Below are positions 57,075 to 64,000 of a DNA stretch of 64,000 nt, in pieces. The notes below the pieces were generated by a model, which searched no databases, was not told the DNA's origin, and saw only the letters and a program-made list of their open reading frames with translations. The stretch comes from Eledone cirrhosa (taxonomy: Eukaryota). Within the stretch, counting starts at the first letter, position 1, and each line of letters begins with the position of its first letter. The position numbers and the translations under genes were made by a program. The stretch spans positions 46,314,001-46,378,000 of the forward strand of contig OZ024753.1 in assembly GCA_964016885.1 (NCBI GenBank), in the 5' to 3' direction.

Positions 57075-58169
57075 GTATATATATATATATATATATATGC
57101 AAAAGGACAGGCCCACTGACAGAGACATATTCAAATGAATAGGAATAGATGAAAATATTGGAATTAAAAGAATGAAATGTTGAGATTGAGAGTAAAGACG
57201 TTAGAGTTGTGAAAATCATGTAAAGTTTGATGGAGAACTAAAGTGATAAACGTTTTCAAAAACAGTAACTATCATAATCATAAACAGATGTGTATAAATA
57301 TGAGCCAAAGTTTACGGTAAGCTTCTTTTAAGGAATTTTAATATAATCACGGATATTGTTAACGTCGTGGTCTTTCTATTGCCAGCTTTAACAACAGCTG
57401 TAGGCTACCACTTCACCTTTCAAAGATATTGGTGTGGTTTAATCAATAAAGTGTTTGACCAGCTGTCATACAATTCACGCCTCTTGTCCACTTGTCCTTC
57501 CACCAATATTCTCAAATCCTAAATCCGATTCCAAACTCGGTTTCTGTTTTTTAATCTACTAATGTAATGTAATGTAGTATAACGTTGTGTAATGTTATTG
57601 TTGATGTCAATTTTTGAGTGTGTTTGTGTCGTGTTTGTGTGTGTGGTGGTTGAGTTTGTGTGTGTGGTGGTGTTTGTGTGTGGGGTAGTGTTTGTGTGGT
57701 GGTGGTGGTGGTGTTTGTGTGGTGTTTATGTGTGTGTGGTGGTGTTTGTGTGGTGTTTATGTGTGGTGGTGGTGTTTGTGTGTGGGGTAGTGTTTGTGTG
57801 TGTGTGGTGGTGGTGGTTGTGTTTGTGTGTGTGTGTGGTGTTTATGTGTGTATGGTGGTGTTTGTGTGTGTGGTAGTGTTTGTGTGTGTGTGGTGGTGTT
57901 TGTATATGTGTGGTGGTGTTTGTGTGTGGTAGTGTTTGTGTGTGTGTCGTGGTGTTTGTATGTATGTGGTAGTGGCTGTTTTTATTTGTGTGTTTGTGTA
58001 TTTGTCTTCGGTAATATATTTCTATATCTCTATATTATACATTTATGAATATGTAAGATTATATACATTTACAATTTTATGTATATAATACATATATATG
58101 TGTGTATGTAACCCATATCAATTCATTTATGCATACATACACACACAGACATACATACAGCTGCTCTGT

Positions 58170-58390
58170 AAATGGTTTGTGGTCGAGCCTATGGCAGTCG
58201 AGACGTCTGGTGTTCTTGGCCCCTAATCATAACCCTAATCACTGCTATCAGGGAGTGGTGGGCTACCTGCAGGTGGGAGCCCCATGGGCTGGAGTGTCTG
58301 TTACAGCGCATCTTCCTCGCTATCATCCGGGACAACGTCCTCTCTATTCTGGTCACTAGGAGGGTAACACGGTCTTACCCTTAAACAGTT
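58170..58390 (+). mobile_element. Diverged CRE-like retrotransposon 3' fragment
   Basis: FVVEPMAVETSGVLGP, frameshift, then CRWEPHGLECLLQRIFLAIIRDNVLSIL. Confidence 0.65.
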
Positions 58391-59353
58391 GTTAACTTAT
58401 ATAAAATGTTAAATTATATTGTAAATATGTGCATAAATAGACAAACTTAAGTAATCTTTCCTCAAAGCGTGTCGTTGTGTGTGTGGGTGCATATATAAGA
58501 GCATGTTTGTGTATGGTTATATGTATGTGTGTGTCTGAGTGTGTCTATGTGTGTGTTCGTAGTAGCAACCGTATATGTTGCATGATAGCGTCTAGACATT
58601 ATTCCCCACCTCATTACATCTCGACAGCGATTTTGAAAGAGATCCAGAAGTTAGGAATGCATAACGCTGATCGATAATAGAAAAACAATTTGTCTGTCGA
58701 TGTTGAAAGAAGGGTTTTAAATGGACGTCAATGATATGGGGGAGGGTTGTTTTGTTTTTTGTTGTTTTTTTTCTCTTTACTCAACGCATGCGAAAAACTG
58801 CGAAGGGCTCCGCAATTATGTGGAAATTATTTCAAGCTAATATCTTATGCGGTCAACCCGCCGTCGAATGGGCGGACTGCCTACTTCATATAACAGACAC
58901 GCCTGGTTCCAGTATATTTAACAGTAGTATTTTTTTTTTTTTTAAATGGTGAGGATGCTTAGCCATGCGAAATCAAAAATGTACAGTAAAGTGGATATAG
59001 AATCTTCCTTATCAGCTCTGATATATGGTGCCAGGAGTTGGAGAATCGCTAGATGATGATGGTTAGCTTTGTTGCCAGAGGTCGTAGAATTGTTAGGTGC
59101 CGATGATTAGCTTTATGAGAATGAGATGGTGTGCTGTGGTTCAGAATAGAATTTGCGATAATATTAAAATTGTAATTATTCAAAGATTAAAATAATTATA
59201 CATATCATACTTTTTTTTTCACATTTTTTTTCGTGCTGAATAAGAACATTATGACTCTAGAATTATATATATAACACATGGTGGCGCACGAACATATGCA
59301 CATACTCATGTAGATATACATGTGTAATATGTGTGTGTTGGAGTGTGTCTATT

Positions 59354-59431
<78 letters not shown>

Positions 59432-59611
59432 TTGCTATCCGTGAAATGAACAGGCCCAAAACGACTTTCAGTCATGAGACCGCGACGAAAGTCTAGGTTC
59501 ACTGGATTTTTCTCCATTTGTCTTAGTCAGTCAGTGTGACTCTATTTGTGTGTGTGTTGTGTGTGTGTGTATACGTTACGCTGAGAGCACCATTCACGTG
59601 GTTTTGCCTGA

Positions 59612-59692
<81 letters not shown>

Positions 59693-59701
59693 TAGATATA
59701 G

Positions 59702-59943
59702 AATATAAAAGGAAAAATCAGTGATGCATCTGAAGTCAATTTATTGTGTGTTACAATTGTTTCGCCGGCGGACAGCTCGAGACGCGATCATTGTGTGGAT
59801 CTGTCTGATTCTGGACCAGCAGGTTCGACGGGCACGTCTAATAATTTCGGACCATATTCTCTCAGTGAGCTGTCCGCCAGCGAAACAATTGTAACACACA
59901 ATAAATTGACTTCAGATGCATCACTGATTTTTCGTTTTATATT
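59702..59943. repeat. Fold-back inverted repeat, 77-bp arms, containing a hammerhead 3' half
   Basis: 59702-59778 vs 59867-59943. The arm contains GC-GAAA-CAATTG-TA. Preceded by (TA)n. Confidence 0.9.
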
Positions 59944-60058
59944 ATATCACACTCTGCTCTGTAAGATCATAGAGTGCTCAACCGGCATACCGCCTATGGA
60001 AGCATCTTAGCTACCATCCGACACACACACACATATATATATAGAGAGAGAGAGAGTG

Positions 60059-60159
<101 letters not shown>

Positions 60160-60410
60160 TATCAGGATAGAACCAGTTTGAAACTGATTAGACCATTACT
60201 CAACAGAGTACTCGATGCTTGGGAGGTGGGGTGTCGTGAGAATCTTTCACCGCCTGCTTCGTGTTGTTACCATTGATCACTACATATATGTGTTTGAATG
60301 AGGTACTTTCTTGTCCGGGAAGGGAGGAGGGGGACTGTGACAGAGATGGCAAACTAAACCAAACACAAACAAGTCCATTTTATGAATAAATAAATAAGAT
60401 GGACCAAAAG

Positions 60411-60459
<49 letters not shown>

Positions 60460-60749
60460 CTAACTTCATGACAGGGATGTCAACCCCGATCAGTAGATAT
60501 CAACAGAAAACAGAAGATAAGCCGCAGTAAATTTAATGATTCCAGTTAAAATTATGTCAAGTATTAATGGACATCAACTTAGAAACATCTGAGTCATTAA
60601 CGAACGAAAAACACAAACAACAAAAATAAAAACAATCACAAAATAAGACGAAATCACAAAAAAAAATATAAAAATATAAATATATAATATAAAGAAAGAG
60701 AAATTTCATAATCAGCAATTGTCCAAGATATGTTCCTTTTTAATCATGT

Positions 60750-60820
<71 letters not shown>

Positions 60821-61279
60821 GTATATATATATATATGTTTAAATTTTCTAATGTTAATTTTCTAGCAACGTTATGCACTACAGCTTGCGATCTAATAAAT
60901 TTCAAAGTCATGCATTGTTATTCAATGCAATTCGATATGTTTGCAGCCGACAACAAATTATTGCTTTTTCTCCTGCGTTGTAAATGGAATTTTGGGGTTT
61001 TTTATTAGTATTATTATTTTGTACAGCCATGGCGTTCTTCTCAGAAAGCTTGTGCTACTCACATGCATGTCAAATCGTTTTCTGCATTCCCTTTGAAGAT
61101 TTGCTTTAATGGCGCCCCTTACTTTCTTTCTCATTGAAGCGTATGTCGTGGGTGATACGAAAATTGAAGTTCAGACCATAAAATTACGATGAAAAATAGA
61201 AAGAAACACACACACACGACTACAACAACTGACCTTTCTCTCTCTCTTACTTCACAACTGCAAACAGCACACCATGTCC

Positions 61280-61371
<92 letters not shown>

Positions 61372-62089
61372 CACAACTACAATCACACCATTTCCAGTCT
61401 TTCCCATACCATTTATTCTTCTTTTTCAAGGTTTCTATATTATTCTGTAAGAACATATTCCATATTGACTATTAATTATTATTACTATTAATATTATTAT
61501 AATTGTTATTGTTGTTGTTGTTGTTGTTGTTGTATTGTTCCCAACGTTGTGTGACCTGGTGGCTAATAAAGGAAATCATTATTATTATTATTATTATTAC
61601 TACTACTACTACTATTTACAGTTGACCTATCGCTTCAAGTGAGTTAAACGTATATACTTACGTCTACGAAACAAACGGTAATGTCACATAAGTCACGCTA
61701 ACCATGCATATATACAAATGTGTGTATGTGTGTGTTTGTTTGTCTGTGTGTAATTGTGTGTGTGTATTTGTCTGTGTGTGTGTAAGTGTGTGTGTACAAA
61801 CGTAAGACTGTTTCTTGTTGGTTGAACTTTCATTTACACTACGGTGCCATCACAGCCAATGATATAGTAGAGGCAATAGATAAACATTAGTCAACAATAA
61901 TACATAACTATCTAGAATTCCAGAAAGAGATTATCTATGGGAGCTTTAATAATGGCAAAAGCCAACACACAGATACAGCAAGTATGAAGAATTTAACTAT
62001 GAAATATTCTGAGACTTAACCATCGAACATGTTTACATTCTGCCTCTCATGGTTTCACTAAAAGCAATTCTGACAACATTTATATAATA

Positions 62090-62490
62090 CTTTTCCATAG
62101 ATAATGAAATTTATAAAACCTTCGTTCACTGTGTTATTATCTTTTCTCTACGTATTGAATGTCCTCTAAAACTTGCTCAATATTAATCTAACTATAAATT
62201 TAGTTCATAAATGCTACAAAATCGAGTAGCTCTTACTATCTTTAACGGCAAGTTTTGTCCATCAATTTTAGAATATAAAAACCTTCGAAACTTTCCACCA
62301 CGAATTATTGCCATTCTTAAGGACAAATACTTTCCATTTACCCAAACTTTAATTTCCGAGACTATCATTATCAGAAAATTTTGTAAAAACAATTTAGAGT
62401 GGAAGTATGCATTCTCTAGCCAACATTCTGCAGCTAATACCATCTTTAACGACAAAGCCTTTATATTTATATTAATATTACATAGAAAAC
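62090..62490 (-). mobile_element. Degenerate LINE AP-endonuclease-like fragment
   Basis: Minus strand NINIKAL..VLAAECWL..RGG..FCSIY resembles the order of APE motifs (N-RGL, QETWL, RGGG, ICSIY). Confidence 0.35.
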
Positions 62491-63524
62491 CTTTTAAGAT
62501 TTTTGCTAAAACTCACTAACTGACATACTTCTTTTATTTCTTGATTCATCTTCAGCGAATCTCAGTTCTTAGAGACAAGATGCGTGTATGAAGAAAGAAG
62601 AAAAAGTATAAAAGAAATGTAGAGAAAAGGAAGTAGAGATACTTGTATTTACGTGATAGTCATATTCATATATAGATGTAACATAGTAGAAAAAGAATGT
62701 ACGATACATTACAGTGTGGCTTCTTCTAGTGAGTGATATAAACATGATTTATTTAGTGATGTCTTCCTCACCCGAATCAATATATTATCACACATTTTTC
62801 AACGACTTATTTACCTTTACTACAGAAGAAGGAGAAATAAAAACAAAATGAAGAAATATTGGTTCGCTCGTTCTTATCCTTAGATAAATAATATCAATTT
62901 CGAATAAAATGTTGTTTGTTGATTGATATTATTGTTGTTGTTTGTTTCATTTGTTGTCTTGTGAAATCAGAAGAGCAATAATGTATTGATCTGCTACCAG
63001 AGAAGATATGTATACGAGATATATAGATATTCGATTGTCTACTAGATACTGAGTTCTCTTTACTCGTGACTCACAACTATATAGTTATGTAAGGTCTGTC
63101 TGTATATTTACATATACATACACGCACACACACATATATATATACATATATATATACATATATATATATACATATACAGAAATCCATATATAAGCATATG
63201 TATATGATTATATATATATATATGCACCTATGTGTATATACATATATATACGCATGTTTGTAGAATTATTCAATGTACGAAATGTAGCCGTTTCCTATTT
63301 GATTATACATAAATATTATTTGTTGTCTCTCTCTCTCTCTCTGTCTCTCTCTCTCTCTCTACATATATATTTGTATTTATGTGTATATATACATATGAGA
63401 GTGTGTGTATGTGTGTGTATGTATTTACGTGTATATATATATATATGTGTGTGTGTATGCATAAATATCTATATGCGCGTGTGTGAGTATGTATTTACGT
63501 GTATATATGTGTGTGTGCGTATAA

Positions 63525-63585
<61 letters not shown>

Positions 63586-64000
63586 CTAATCTTATTTTCT
63601 CATAATTTTATTTCTATATTTCCAGTGGAATATTTCATTGATTAATCAACATTTGTGCCTCAGTAATAACAGGCCGTTACAATTGACACTAATAAGAGTG
63701 GCGGTGGTGGTGAGGTGAGGATGGTGTTGGTGTTATTGGTGGTGGTGGTGATGGTGTTGGGGTGAGGATGGTAGATGGGTGTGGTGGCAATGGCGGTGGT
63801 GGTGGTGGTGGCGATGGTGTTGGGGTGAGGATGGTAGATGGGTGTGGTGGCAATGGCGGCGGTGGTGGTGGTGGCGATGGTGTTGGGGTGAGGATGGTAG
63901 GTGGATGTGGTGGAAGTGGTGGTGGGGGATGAGAATGGTAGGGGGGTGACAGTGGTGGAGCTGGTGGTGGTAGTTGTCGTCGTCTAAGTGGATTCGCTGA

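Overview
AT-rich, microsatellite-dense animal genomic DNA; the repeat content suggests an octopus or related cephalopod (inference from style, not database-checked). No intact host gene is visible, and most ORF-track entries are translations of (TA)n, (TG)n and (CAC)n repeats. Recognisable content: many tRNA-derived SINE copies, 5'-truncated non-LTR retrotransposon fragments (R4/Dong-like, CRE-like, RTE, CR1/L2, one APE relic), a TTAA-flanked piggyBac-type MITE and a fold-back element with tRNA-like arms. Main signal: many unrelated short sequences next to (TA)n tracts carry minimal type I hammerhead ribozyme motifs (CUGANGA-stem II-GAAA-short, often palindromic loop-UH), and several form near-perfect fold-back inverted repeats. 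The best case is a 464-nt non-coding unit at 46.7-47.7 kb with an 84-bp terminal direct repeat, an inverted copy and an intact hammerhead. This looks like a family of microsatellite-associated Penelope-like/retrozyme-type non-autonomous retroelements. Coordinates were read by eye and may be off by a few bases.
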